Positions 38,338 to 51,700 of a DNA stretch of 64,000 nt are shown here, piece after piece. The stretch spans positions 4,898,001-4,962,000 of the forward strand of contig NC_047073.1 of assembly GCF_902459465.1 (NCBI RefSeq). The letters run 5' to 3'. The first letter of the stretch is position 1; each line of letters starts with the position of its first letter. Made by a program: the position numbers and the translations under genes. This DNA is from Asterias rubens (taxonomy: Eukaryota). A model generated the notes under the pieces. It saw only the letters and a list, made by a program, of their open reading frames with translations, did no database searches and was not told the DNA's origin.

Positions 38338-38548
38338 TTAAGGCCAAGTCACACTGCAGTGATAACGAAAACGACAACGACAACGACGCAGAGAGAACGC
38401 ATTCTATTGGTTGAAATGCTCCACGCAGAATACGTCCATGCTCATTCAACCAATCGAGGGCGTGCATTTTTATATCGTTCTCGTTTTCGTTCTCGTTGTC
38501 GTTCTTGTTTTCGTTCTCGTTATCGGGGCCTGAGTGACCGTACCTTAA
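38338..38548. mobile_element. TTAA-flanked MITE with (GACAAC/GAGAAC)n subterminal repeats
   Basis: ttaaggccaagtcacac...gataacgaaaacgac / gttttcgttctcgttatc...gtgaccgtaccttaa. Confidence 0.85.
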
Positions 38549-39920
38549 GTCTGCTGCCACTTAACTTTCCAAAGTCTCCCATTGAATTAAACTTAATGAA
38601 CTCATGGTGTGTAATATCTTTATACAGGTATATGATGAAAACACATGGTAGCATTCCGTATAATACTTTCTTATGTAACACATTATGGGAAGACGGGCAT
38701 ATCGCCAACATATTATTTTAATAAGTGATAAGTGATATTATTTGTTACTTATCTTTACACACAACGCAAAAGTGTTTCTTGGCAATTCAATTCATTTATA
38801 ACTGCAAAATTCACTCCACAACATTGGTGGTGCACATTAATATTATGCATAAAGTTACTCCGCATTACGGGGTGATATTCGTATATATTTTTGACAAAAT
38901 AAGTTTTAAAACAACAACTGGCCACAATAAAATAAAAAAATAACATAAAACAAGAAACATAAAAACAAAACACAAGACACATACTTATTTACCCTTATAA
39001 AAAAAACCTCCTCCTTCACTCCGAGCCCCCCCCCCCATTTGTTTTTGACAATAAATAATAAATAAACAAGCATTATTGCATTTTTAGTGTCCGTTTGTTG
39101 AGCGTCTAAAATTTGAGCGAACATTTCTAAATGGTTTCACGTCAGATGTCGGGGCAAGTCATCGTCTAATGCCGTCATTATCACGAGTACGAGTCTGTCA
39201 GTGTCACGTCGAGTCCAGTTTTTTTTATTTAGTCTCCGTCGCGTCTGTATTGTCCCCCTGATAGGCAACTACAACAGTCAAAAGCTCATGCCCATCCATG
39301 CTACCATCTTTGTCTTGTTCACCGGTTAATTGGAACACAGATTATTATGATACAAAACAGGGGACAGACTATTTCAAGGCTCATAATTCAGCTCGGTTTA
39401 CCGATGAAAACAAGTTGGCGTCAACATGTCTTGAGTCTAAGCGTTGTCGGTATCTATTATTTATAGATTTACCTCATTTTTTTTAATAAAAAGTGCATCA
39501 TTTTCAAAATGCCTCCATTTCAAAATCCCCTTTTTTACCAATAAAATTATTTCGGCATTTCTATGACATCGAAAAGCTAGTTAGTAATCTAATCTTTCAT
39601 TCTACGTCCTACCAACCACAACAATATTTTGAATGACGTCACGAAGGCAGTTTTGTGTGCGTGGTATAGTTCCTATTGGCAAGGGGCTTGATACAACATT
39701 ATTCAGCTGTGTGCGTTGGTTAATAATCACTAATAATGTCACTTCATATTTTGGTTACCCTTTCAGTTTGGTTACCCCATCGATACTAATAATACAAGAA
39801 GCTTGAACAACATCGATTGCGACCACTCACGTTATACCCAGCGCTGTATGCGGTTTATTTATTTTTTAATTTTTTTCAACAGAGGGCAGCACTGCACATC
39901 ACTGGTCAACTTAACGCCTG

Positions 39921-40185
39921 GGTCCAATTTCATAGCGCTGCTTAGCAGCCGATTTTGTGCAGACTGTGCAATTTATATTTCATAGCACTGCTAACCGTCA
40001 CCTTCCGGTGCTTACCGCACGAAAACAAATGACGTCACAATGCAAATCTACGGTTAACACGCAATAATTATGGTCGCCCAATTTTTCTGCTAACCTGTGA
40101 AATACGCTGAGGCTTAAGCACATTTTTCTGCTACAGTAAACACGCAAATTTGCTCACCGTTAAGCAGCGCTATGAAATTTGGCAC
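39921..40185. mobile_element. MITE
   Basis: ccaatttcatagcgctgctta / taagcagcgctatgaaatttgg. Confidence 0.85.
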
Positions 40186-40772
40186 TGGTATGTTTCGCCT
40201 GACTGTCCTCTTCGGCTTCGGCTGATCCTGAACCACTGGTCTCTATTAGAGATCAGTGGACTGAACCCTGCCACGACTACGAAGCCAACGACTATCGACT
40301 CAGCCAAAGACGCTAAACGGCTTCGGCTCCAGATTCGGCTAATCAGGCTAGCTTGGTCCCGCGGTTGTGTTGACAGCTGTGCGTGCTTTGCGTACGTAGA
40401 GAACGGAGTCTGAAGCCGAATCCAAACCAAAGCCGTGGATTATAAATGGCTCACAGTTTGTATTTTCCCACATATCCATATTATACTGTACCGCATGAAG
40501 CACCACCTCGCATAGTTTGAGCGTGACAAATATCGTTAATTTTTTTTCAAGACTGACAAAATAAAAATAAAATAACGTCACGACACATGAACTTTTACAA
40601 TGAGTATTTCCACTTAATGCTTTCCTTTTAGGTTTCGTATACCTAGGTTAAGACAATACGTGTTCTCGGTGCATTGGTAACGGGCTCGGGAACCGGGGAG
40701 AGAGTTGTCCGGGCAAGACGTGACGCGAGCAGGGATCAGGGCCATGGGAAATGTGTTTAGTCTTGACGATCA

Positions 40773-40834
40773 TCATACTTGACTCTCGTTGATCAGGCAA
40801 GATTTCTCGGTAACATCTCTGTCATCAATTGAAC
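40773..40834 (-). CDS. Probable terminal coding exon of the guanylyl cyclase ([20 protein letters not shown])
   Basis: A long polypyrimidine tract ending cgaaag|GT TCA ATT; phase 1 matches the previous donor; ends in TGA. There is no homology support for the tail. Confidence 0.65.
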
Positions 40835-43800
40835 CTTTCGAAGAGAAGATACAAAAAGAGAAAACAAGAGAACTATGAAATAAATAAAAAGAAATCTTAT
40901 GGGTGTGCCGAACATGGGAAAAGAGATCATTGAACCCATTGGGATAAATCTTGTTTGCCAACTGGTTGGGGTGGCCAGAGGGTCGATGATGTTTACTCAC
41001 AATATTTTTACGATGTATAAAACAGTCTCACCTGTAGATTTTAAGTGGGGAACACACACTTCTACATGGCAATTTCTTATTTCCTCGGTAGGACTTGTGT
41101 TTTCCTAGGGGACCAAATGGTGTTATTCCAAATGGTGTTAATTCAAGATTTCAAGCGGCAAGTATGGATCAAATACGTGTTTTTTCCTGGCAGCTGAGGC
41201 GCACATGCAGTTTAGACCTCTTATGGCGGTCTAATCAAAGTTTACCGCTCAATGTGTAAACACTCCACGTTGGTCATTGATATTCGACAGAGGGCGCTGT
41301 GGTGGTGTTTGCTGTGAGAAGTGTTGACATGCTCAAGAGGGTCATGTAACTGCAAGCACATGTAATGGTTATCATGCCGTAAATGACTTACATTTCCATG
41401 TTTTCCAAAATGTATACAACATGTTCGTTTCAATGGTTTAAAACCACAATGGCATAAACATTTTGAATACACTGTAAAGGCATATTATTGACAATAATAG
41501 CACCAAATTATGCATCCCGATGTTGTTTCTCACTTATGATACACAAAGGGCAGAGCAAGTCAAACGGTGAGCCTATGGTCACACTGAAGTCATTTGTCCA
41601 AAGCGCCTCAGGACATTGTGTGAGGCACTTTTATAAAGTGCAGTTTATTATTAATATTACTACACTATCCACATCAACAAAGGCACAATCTCCATGCATG
41701 TGGTATTAATAGATGAAATACAAGTTTCAAATACTAGTCCAAACCTAAAACCAATGGCATTGAAAGACTAGCTAGCTCGAGTGATATGAGACCACGTGGG
41801 AGGCAACAAAATCATGAATATTCATGTTTGTGTTGGGATTCTTCCACGCAATATTGTGCCCGATGTTCTAATGACGAAACAAGAAAACACACACGCGCAT
41901 TTGGCAAAGCATAATGGCTAAAAGTGCAGTCGGACATTGATGGAGCTTGCGTTCTGTGAAAGTACAAAGAATTTTGTTGATATCAACAAAAACTTCAGAA
42001 AATACTTCTTGGTTTCGATATTACTCCTTGGGGGAAAACACAGCACCCAGTGACACCACGATGGAATGTCTGCATATGCGATTGATTTTTTTTAAAAATG
42101 TTGTCTACTACTAAATCGTTAAGGGTTGACACATTCACTCACGGAAAACATTGTGCTGATTTGCATGCAGCAACCACAAGAAATACACAGTATGCAGAAA
42201 AGTTCCATCAGTTAATACCGGCTCTCAGTTAGCCCCAAAAGTTTGATTGGCAGAGCGAGGGGTGTTGGAGACCCCAGAACATAGCACAGGGTGTCAGCAA
42301 GACATATTATTGAAGCCTCATTCAACTAATAAATGGCTCCACTTTTTGGGGGCAGGTCTGTTGTATGTGCGCAGAGTGTTGTGCACGAAGTACATCAGTG
42401 AAAATATGTTTTAGATCCTTAAAAAAGCAAAACAAAACACGACAAAAACAAAGCCGCACAACTGTGGGACCTGATCCCCCTATAGATAATGTGGTATAGT
42501 CCAGTCTGGGATATTGAGGACCTTGACGACTCCCCAGGGCATTGCACTGGGGAGAAAACAGTGAAATAATTAGCATGTGCCATGATTAAGTGTTACTTCG
42601 GGTCACGTCGCTTTTGGTCTACATTTCTAATCTTAACAAATTTATAGAAGCAAGTTGTTAGTGTCGTTTTTTATGTAAATGCAACCCATACAGCATTGAA
42701 AAGGTTATTGATCATCATAGTTAATCATGTGCTAATATATTTGAGGTCAGAAGCTTTTTCATTGTGTTAATTCTATAATTCTTTATTAGTTTCTAGAATA
42801 GAAAGAGTTATAAACTTGCTACCAGAGTGCAATCTTTAAAAAGAGCAAGAAGAAAATGTTAATGAAGCTCAAAAGCCCGCCAAACCAAACTTGTTGTTAT
42901 TGAACTCTGTACGTACCACTTCTTCGTTATCAGAATACAATCTCACCAAGTGCTAAGAGAATATTAAATAATTTAGTTATTTACCTTTGGGATGCAGAGT
43001 AACTATCAGCAAGTAATGTTAGAGCGGAATAAAAACACACAAAATTGTATTATTGTTAAAGACAGTAATTTCAAGCTATGCTTTATAAATAGTTTCCATA
43101 GTAAAAAGCAGGTGTACACCAATAGTGCTCGGACATAACCGACTGTGTATTTTGTTTCCCAACAATAGTCTGGGTCCTTTTCATATGAAGTAAGATACGG
43201 TGTTCTTTAAGGAGGGAACATGACCAAAGCGGATAGGATCGTATTCAGGGGCTGTTGCAGACAGTTTGGGGGAAATTTAAGAATCAATGTTTTCTCGACA
43301 TGTTCACAATTTTATTTTCGTTGATAAATATTAATTGTCTTTCAGGACTACCGACTTTTCTAGAAAACATGTGAAAAGAAAAGAACACGAAAGTACACGC
43401 AAACGCCGTCTATGGTGCATGATTTACTCTCAAAATTGACGCATGAGGGCGCTACACCGATGAACGTATCGGGCACAGTCGTAGCCACTAAATAATATGA
43501 CACGGCCTTACTACATCTAGAGTGAGAAAGGAAAGTACGGCTATTGCCCAGGTAATACCAGATACAGATACGTAACCAGATTGGGGAGAGAGGGAAATGT
43601 TTGTTTGTTTGTTGTTGTTGCTGTTGTTGGCTCAGGTGGTTTATGTCCAGTGCATTTTACCTATGTGGACCCCGGTTCCCGAACGTTTCATGAATAATTC
43701 ATACAAACAACCGCAAACAAGTTGGAAAGTGCCCTCGTGGCTTCGCCAACGAGTCCCTCAATCCAATGCCTAGCCAATAGGACACAGTTAGTTCCACAGC

Positions 43801-46800
43801 AAAGCAACCTACCTGGTAAAGACACCTTTCGGTTGACCTCTTCGTTGATGTCGCTGACGGAGAGTTGTTCCCGTGGCGAACTGGCGGGCTTGTCAGGGTC
43901 GCCGTTTAGTACCACGTTGGTCGCTGTGAGTAGAGTCTGCGTGGAGTCAGTTGCAGGTTGGTCTTTCCCTTCCACCCAGTACGTTATCATTATTCCTTTG
44001 CCCTGAGAGAGGTTGACAATTCATATTGATAATAATTATTAATGGTTCATACAACTATGTGATTGTTATATTCTCTCTTAAGACATGCCAAAGTCCCTTC
44101 CCCCCTTTTTTTAAATAATAAATCTTTCCTGTAAATTTTGATTTATTTTGTTACCTTTTAGTTCATTCATTTAAATATATTTTGCATTTTGTGTTGAAAC
44201 AATATAGACATGGTTCAAAACCTTCGCTCATGTTTTTTTGTATGCAATAGCGCCATCAAAGCTTCATGTGATCGCAAGATAGGGAATGTGACAGCCGAAT
44301 TGAGGCCAAATTGCTATCTGAATGGCCGATGACGACAACAACCGACTGCGATCTCAAACTGGAAATCAAGTCTAAAAACATAAAAAAAATCTAATACATA
44401 AATTATTTTGTTTGAGAGATCCACGGCTCTATACCCGAGGGCAAATAACTCCCCACAGTCCCCTCGCATCCTCCCCCTCACACACCAATGGCGGAAATTA
44501 AAGGTCACGAGTTCACCAGAGCTGTCCCACAATCATCCGGTCAGATGTAAAGATGAGGAGACAACGAGTCCGAGATCTTATTGGCATATTAATATACAGG
44601 GCAGTTTGATGGACGGATGGGATTAAAATTGGTTTTTTTGAGACGCGCGTCAATTTTATATGCCACTCCTTCTGTTTTGATGAAAGAACAAAATGAAGAA
44701 TATGCTCAAATGAATGATTCGATATACATTCAAACCCCTACCACTGTGCGTTTAATTCACTCTATTTCATATTAATAGGCGTAAGAACTTCATTTTCACA
44801 ATTCTTCAGTTAAATTTTTATACAATACTGATGAAATTGGGTGTTTGACCACCCTCTTACTGTATGGCTTTTACGATTTTTGCGAACTAAAGAATCTGAA
44901 ATCATCATGGCTCACTGATTTTGCTCACTGATTATAAAATCAGTGAGCTCTGACAATGGAAAAGAGCATTCCTTATCAAACACGAAACTAATTTGGCTCT
45001 CTGAAAACTTATTATACTTGAGGTAAAAAGTAATAGATTGTGGTGCTGCTTAACACAAAAACATTTTTTGAAACTTTCTTCTCATTTTAAGTGTATAGGG
45101 AAAAACTCCAACAAGACACCATGAAATCTACCCTAGTGTGGTCTAAAATAACCCAGTTACCTTAACGGGCATTTCGCCTCGTATGGCGGTATGGTATCCA
45201 CCAAGAACTTCCAGGATCTTCACGCATGCCTCGCTCGCTTGGATCTTGAGGGCTGTAGGGATGAATGATGAAGAAATTAAAGATATTTTAGTAACCAAAT
45301 CTTGATCAAGTCACAAACGGTACACACAGGAAATGAATGTCGCGAATAGCATGAACACGTGGTAGTAATTGCACAGTAAATTTTTAATGTCTGGAGGAGT
45401 ACACACATACAAAATAAAACAATTAAATTTATAAACAAATGTATTAGTAAATGATTAACTATAATTAACAAAAAAAACATCAATAATTATATCAATGAAC
45501 ACATTATGAAGCCAACCAGTCAAATTACATTTAAATCAGAAGATCACATTTCAGAACAAAACCCCCAACGAAAAAAAGGGTTGATAGTTTGTGTCTGGAG
45601 GATTATATGTGGCCAAAACACAGTTTTAAGTACGGCACGTATAGGTGATTGGACTGAGGCTTTGATGGGTTGGCACCAAGTCATAATCTTACGAGAAAAA
45701 CATTTGCCTATTATGGCCATCGCAGAAAGTCTGTGAACAAATAAAGGTAACATTGCCAGCCATAAGGGCCTATTGCTTGTTTTTCTACCAATTTTGGTGT
45801 TAAAACCTTTGTTCAAAGGACAAATCTGCGATGTCCCTCTTGATCCTTTGCACAACACGGAATGTACCTCCGCACAATGCCCGTCAAACATGTCCACCAT
45901 TTTGAGAGAAAATTCCTCCAAAATGGTAGACAGGATAGGTAGCCTTGCTGAAGGCAGTCGAATTATTCACTCCGAAAAAAGACCACCGCTGTATAAAAAC
46001 CCAACCGTATTCACTGTGCGTAACATCGCACGACACGATGCCCCGTACACTATCCGCATGCGGAGGCCGTCAGGCCGACAGCCTTGTAGGGTCTGTGTTG
46101 AAGCCACTGACCTCATTACTATAATTAGCGAAGAGTTCCCACGGTCAGCTCATTACCATAATGCCCGCGAAAGACGAGTCAGGTTTACATCACACACCAC
46201 CACCACGGACGCTCAGCGAGCATGATAGGCGTGCGTGAACTGATTGGACGTCAAAATGAATAATTCATTTGCCTCACATCCTGTGTTGTCTGATAGGTCT
46301 GACAAAAGATATACATATTCATGGGCTGCATACTAGCATATCCGAGAGCCCCCCCCCAATTGTGTCCACAAGTGGAAATTTGTCAATACAACACATTAAA
46401 CCCGGAAGTTACAGACCCGACAAGGCCGTCGGCCTAACGGCCCCCGCATGCGGTCAGTGGTACGAGTGCGGATGACTTGTGTGCACAGTAGTCGTACGAT
46501 GTGACAGTGTGTATACGGGTTGGCCATGCGGTGTGATCGCACGCACCACGCACAGGGCATACGGGTGGGTTTACAGCGGCGTCTTTTCGGAGCGAATAAT
46601 GCGACTGCCTTGAGCAAGGCTACAGGATAGGCGGGTATCTTGAAAGAAAGCCAAATATCTTTCTCATGACTCACTCTAGCCTTGCCTTATGCTCTAACCG
46701 TGTGTCAGATTCCATGCTTGTATCAACAAAAGCACATTTCCCCATATATTCCATTACTCGCCTTACTGAGTGTTTCGAGCCACATTTTAAAAGCTTAGAC

Positions 46801-48741
46801 ACAGGGACGCACCGATATGCACCAAAAAGCCGACCACGAAGGACAAGGACATGCGATAAGCAAGAGTCACAATACACGGCAGCCACATAGACCTAGGCCT
46901 ATCTCTCTTGGGTTATGGCTCACCAGTGTACATACAGCACGTATATGTTATCTACAACGTTTCTTAAGTTCTCATATACACCGCCATTTTTATTATTTGA
47001 AGGACGTGTTCCAGATGAAGCAGAAGATACGCGCCATAAGATCAGCAGCCGCCATGTCACTTTGGATAAGCACGGAGGAAGGAATAAGCAAGCACTCCAG
47101 AACAGAAAGGTCGAACAAACAAGGCTTCTGCATATCAAATGAAAAACCAGCTAATGGACGTGTGCCCATGGAATAGCACATTGTTTACAGCTTAAGCATA
47201 TACCATCCAGCAAAGTACGTCATTTTCGAGTGAGTTAAGCAAATTCTAGCGTGGATAATTGATGATAAATCACGAAAAAACTTCAATTGCAATGAAACCT
47301 TCGTACAACGGCCGCAAACTTGTACCAATAATCTAATAAAATTAATGGCCCCACACCATTTCCCCCGATCCGATTATTTAGGTTCCCGCTGCCTGCTCCG
47401 TGCCATGACTGTCTTTCCAATAATTACCGAATGTTTGCTCATGTCCGAGAGAAAAAGGTGAAAACACAACGGGTAATTGGGTCCACATGTTACCCGTGAC
47501 GTACGTTCAAAGATCGGTCTGCCTTTACCAAGTCTGAAAGTTGCTTGAAAAACACATCGAACCGGTAGCTGCAATATTTTATTCACAATTTTTAAAGTGC
47601 ATGGGGAAATTTTATTTTGAGTTGCATTTGTAGGTTAAATTATGTACGGAGTAATAACTCTTATAAAAGTGTCATGATTTAAACACTGCATTTTGTGATG
47701 AATGGCTTCCCTAGTTCCTAACGCAGGTATTTTTTGTTTGGAGTAAAGATGAAATGTTTGTTTTCGGATGTCCAACTGTGACAACAACATATACTCTGGT
47801 TTATCGCATCGGCTGTTCCATAAATCAGGAAGGAGGGAGACGTTGATCATGGTCCAACACAGATACACGTAAAGCTCCGAACGACCCCATAGAAACACGG
47901 ACGATTTAAAGAGTACACAATTTGACATTATTGCTGGTGATTCAAATTATACTTGACAAGTTACAGTATTTAGTCTCAATTGATTGTATACAAAGTTCAG
48001 GTCAGTGCTACACAAACCACAAGAGAAATATTTCAATCTGAAACGGTTCTTTCGAGGTCCAGACAATAGCATTAGAAAACACTAACATAGAGAAAGTGCA
48101 GCTTACAAATGCTGTGGTATTATTATCAGACATTTCTTACATAACATTTCACACATTTAAATCGGGGATAGAACTGATTTTTTTTCTCTCCAGAACCACA
48201 TTACTTTGAAGTGAAATGATTCTCAAAATGCTTTATACTATCGAAAGCTGATATAGTTCTGACCAAGTAAGTTTGTATTGCCATTTGGTTCAAGAGTGAT
48301 TACCAACCGTAATCATTTCCTCAACGGACACTGCATAAACAAACATCGTTTTTTGTGTGAAGATGAATAACGGTTGAAAGATGTTTTCAAAGTATAACAT
48401 AATGATCTCCACAACTATGCCTCAAAGTTGTGTGGTTTCCTGTCACTTCGTGAACTAACACAGCCCACTATTTGAATACTAACCGTCATCTTTGCTCCTT
48501 TGTACATGGGTATAACCTTTTTTAACTCAATGTTTTGCATATTTTTTCACGTAAATTATTCTCGGTATTTTGTATGTTGTTGCGCCAAGGCCTCACAGCA
48601 TTTCTAAGGCGCACTTTCTCTAGTGTCCTCTAATGCTATTTTCTGTACGTACAGCTTGCGCACCACACGTTGTATACATGGCCGGTCGGGGTATATAATT
48701 TTTTATGTTTGTTGCTATCTTTTTTATCTGCCTGTTGTTAC

Positions 48742-48779
<38 letters not shown>

Positions 48780-51700
48780 AATAATAAACCACAAGGGAAA
48801 CTGACTGGGAACATTTGTTTTAAATGATTTTGGATTGAACAAAGAAAATTGACTAGAGCGGGATTTGAACCAACGACCTCCGGTTTAACGTGCCGGCGCT
48901 CTACCAACTGAGCTATCTAGCCCTATGTTGGTGGTCTCCCAATTTTGTCAATATCTTTGTTCGGGGGTGCCTGTCAGAAGCCATTAAACCGCAAACTGCC
49001 GTGTAGCCAGGGATCACACCCGGGTAACGATACAACCTGGGAAGCGGCAGACAGGGGATCACCTTAAGGGGATGCGACTTTTTTATATCAGATATCAAAT
49101 AATAAACCACAAGGGAAACTGACTGGGAACATTTGTTTTAAATGATTTTGGATTGAACAAAGAAAATTGACTAGAGCGGGATTTGAACCAACGACCTCCG
49201 GTTTAACGTGCCGGCGCTCTACCAACTGAGCTATCTAGCCCTATGTTGGTGGTCTCCCAATTTTGTCAATATCTTTGTTCGGGGGTGCCTGTCAGAAGCC
49301 ATTAAACCGCAAACTGCCGTGTAGCCAGGGATCACACCCGGGTAACGATACAACCTGGGAAGCGGCAGACAGGGGATCACCTTAAGGGGATGCGACTTTT
49401 TTATATCAGATATCAAATAATAAACCACAAGGGAAACTGACTGGGAACATTTGTTTTAAATGATTTTGGATTGAACAAAGAAAATTGACTAGAGCGGGAA
49501 AATTGACTAGAGCGGGATATATATATATATATTTGTTTTTTAAAAACTTGTGTGAGCAAAGCAATTTCTTCTTTTGGAGATCAATATGTTCAATAAGTTT
49601 TCTTATGTCTTCTTATGTATTAAGAGTGATACCAAAAGTATACCTTCCCTTTAAGGCAAGTCACTTAATAATGTATTGATTCGTTCTTCGGATGGGACGT
49701 ACAGCTTGTGCAACGCACGTAACAAATCCACTTTCAGTAAGAGAAGGGAAATAGCGCTGGTGTTTCTGCCATGGTCGGTTGCAGATTGTCACCTTACAGA
49801 CCATTACTGCTATCTGAAATCAGTTTCATAATTCAGACAGCACTGAATATTTTAAAGGCAAACCTGTCCCTGAAAATAATAAACGGTTTTAAACGACCCT
49901 CAGCTAGGGCAACGCTAAAAATACTTACACAGGATTAGTGTAAAGTATTGATGTTAGGACTGCACACGTCTATTTTTTGGTTTTTTAGTGACGTCACGAA
50001 GTCCGCCTTGGGCGCCGCCATGTTTAACTCATGTTTACATGTCAATGACACGGAATGTAGTTCAGCTCACAATAAACACTTCCGAATTCACGATTACAAT
50101 GCTGTGAGTGTTGTATGTAGTTATAAATAATATAGGAGTAGTTTGCTATACAATTAGCATGGCTAAAATAACATGGTCACCGACAATCTTTGTATTTTGA
50201 GTGGCAAACCATAATACATGAAAAACCAATCCCTAAAATGTTTTAACGGTTTCTTCAGTTCGGGTTAAACTTGGTGAAGTCCGTCTTTAAAATCTACAAG
50301 GAGTTAAGGGACATGGGGTCCAAGGAAAGAGGGCAAGCTGCAGCATTCATGCAGGTCCTTGCTCCGTGGCTGTACCTTTTACCCTTCCACACGGTCATGA
50401 AAAGCCTTTCAGCCATGCGTTATACCTGAGCGTTAAATTGGCTAAACAAATAACTGGGTGTTGGGCCGTACTTTACAATAAAAAAGAAGACTCGACAAAT
50501 ACTCTTCCTAGAAAAAAAGCACAGGTAGAAAACAGGTAAACCAAAAACCCCAGCTGAAAAAAACTTGTTTACAAACCTTCGCCTGTAGACTCCATTCGAG
50601 ACGCTGTGTTGACTGTATCGCCGAAGAGACAATATCTTGGCATCTTGAGGCCGACAACACCCGCTACAACGGAGCCTGTGATTGGTTGAACATGATGTAC
50701 AGAATGATATCACAACTGTGATTTGTTGAGCTTTCAGTGACAATTGGTTGATTGATTGTTTAACTTGATGACAGGGGCTGAGACGTTCATTATACTCACT
50801 GCTTGACTTACATATGACGTGAGTGGTGGTAGGGATGCATGTGATAAGTCAACCTCGTTCCTATGATAGGTAAATACATTCAAACCGGGGACTTATAACA
50901 AAAGAGGCCAATAGGGTCCACGGTTTGGGAAAGGTCCACGGTTGCAAAACGTGTACCAAACAAAGGGAGCTGTTGCAATGAGTATAAACAAAAGAGGGAC
51001 AATAAGGATGTCCAGTGTTGCAGGCGACACTTGTATGTGTGTGTGTTCTCACTGCGCCATTTTCCAACAGCACTTCTTTATGACTAAAGCAAACGATAGC
51101 GTGATTCCCATGTTTAGCGCAATTGATACACATAACACAAGTGTGACACGATATCCCTAGACCTAAGAAGGAAAAACACTCCTCCCTCGTTTATAATTAC
51201 CCGAATGGATGCCGGCTCGTATTCTCAGTTTCATGTCTTGCCTGTGGGGAATTATAAACGTTTCGCAGACTTGTACCAAGTCTATTGCCATACTGGCGAT
51301 CTCTCCAGCGTGTAGTAAACCATTGCGTTTTGGAATGCCAGAGACGACCATATCTGAGGAGACAAAATAGGCGGGAAAAATTGTGTCATCTTATTCAAGA
51401 AGTGTTATGCATACATCGTCATTCGAATCAGAATGTTTAAAGCCACTGGACACCTTTGGTAACTGTCAACAACCAGTATTCTCACTTGGTGTATCCCAAC
51501 ATTAAATGCATACAATAACAACTTTGTGAAAATCTCGACTCAATCGTTCATCGAAGTTGCAAATTTGTGTGCTTTTTAATGCCTATAAAAGGCTTCAGGC
51601 GTGAAGTCTTTTAAATTTTGAGTACGAAAGTACCTCTTTCTCAAAACAACATTACTTCATACTTCAGAGGGAGCCGTTTCTCACAATGTCTTATACTATC

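Larger units (their letters stand above)
48774..49518 (-). repeat. Head-to-tail array of a 318-bp unit (about 2.3 copies) embedded in (TA)n
   Basis: The unit restarts at 48781, 49099 and 49417, and the copies look identical by eye. It ends with a short duplication (aaattgactagagcggga). (TA)n flanks both sides. Confidence 0.93.

Noticed and set aside
48850-49240. Functional tRNA-Asn(GTT) genes
   Set aside because: Lacks U33, has stem mismatches, does not resemble eukaryotic tRNA-Asn, and sits in a dispersed repeat. Kept only as tRNA-like.
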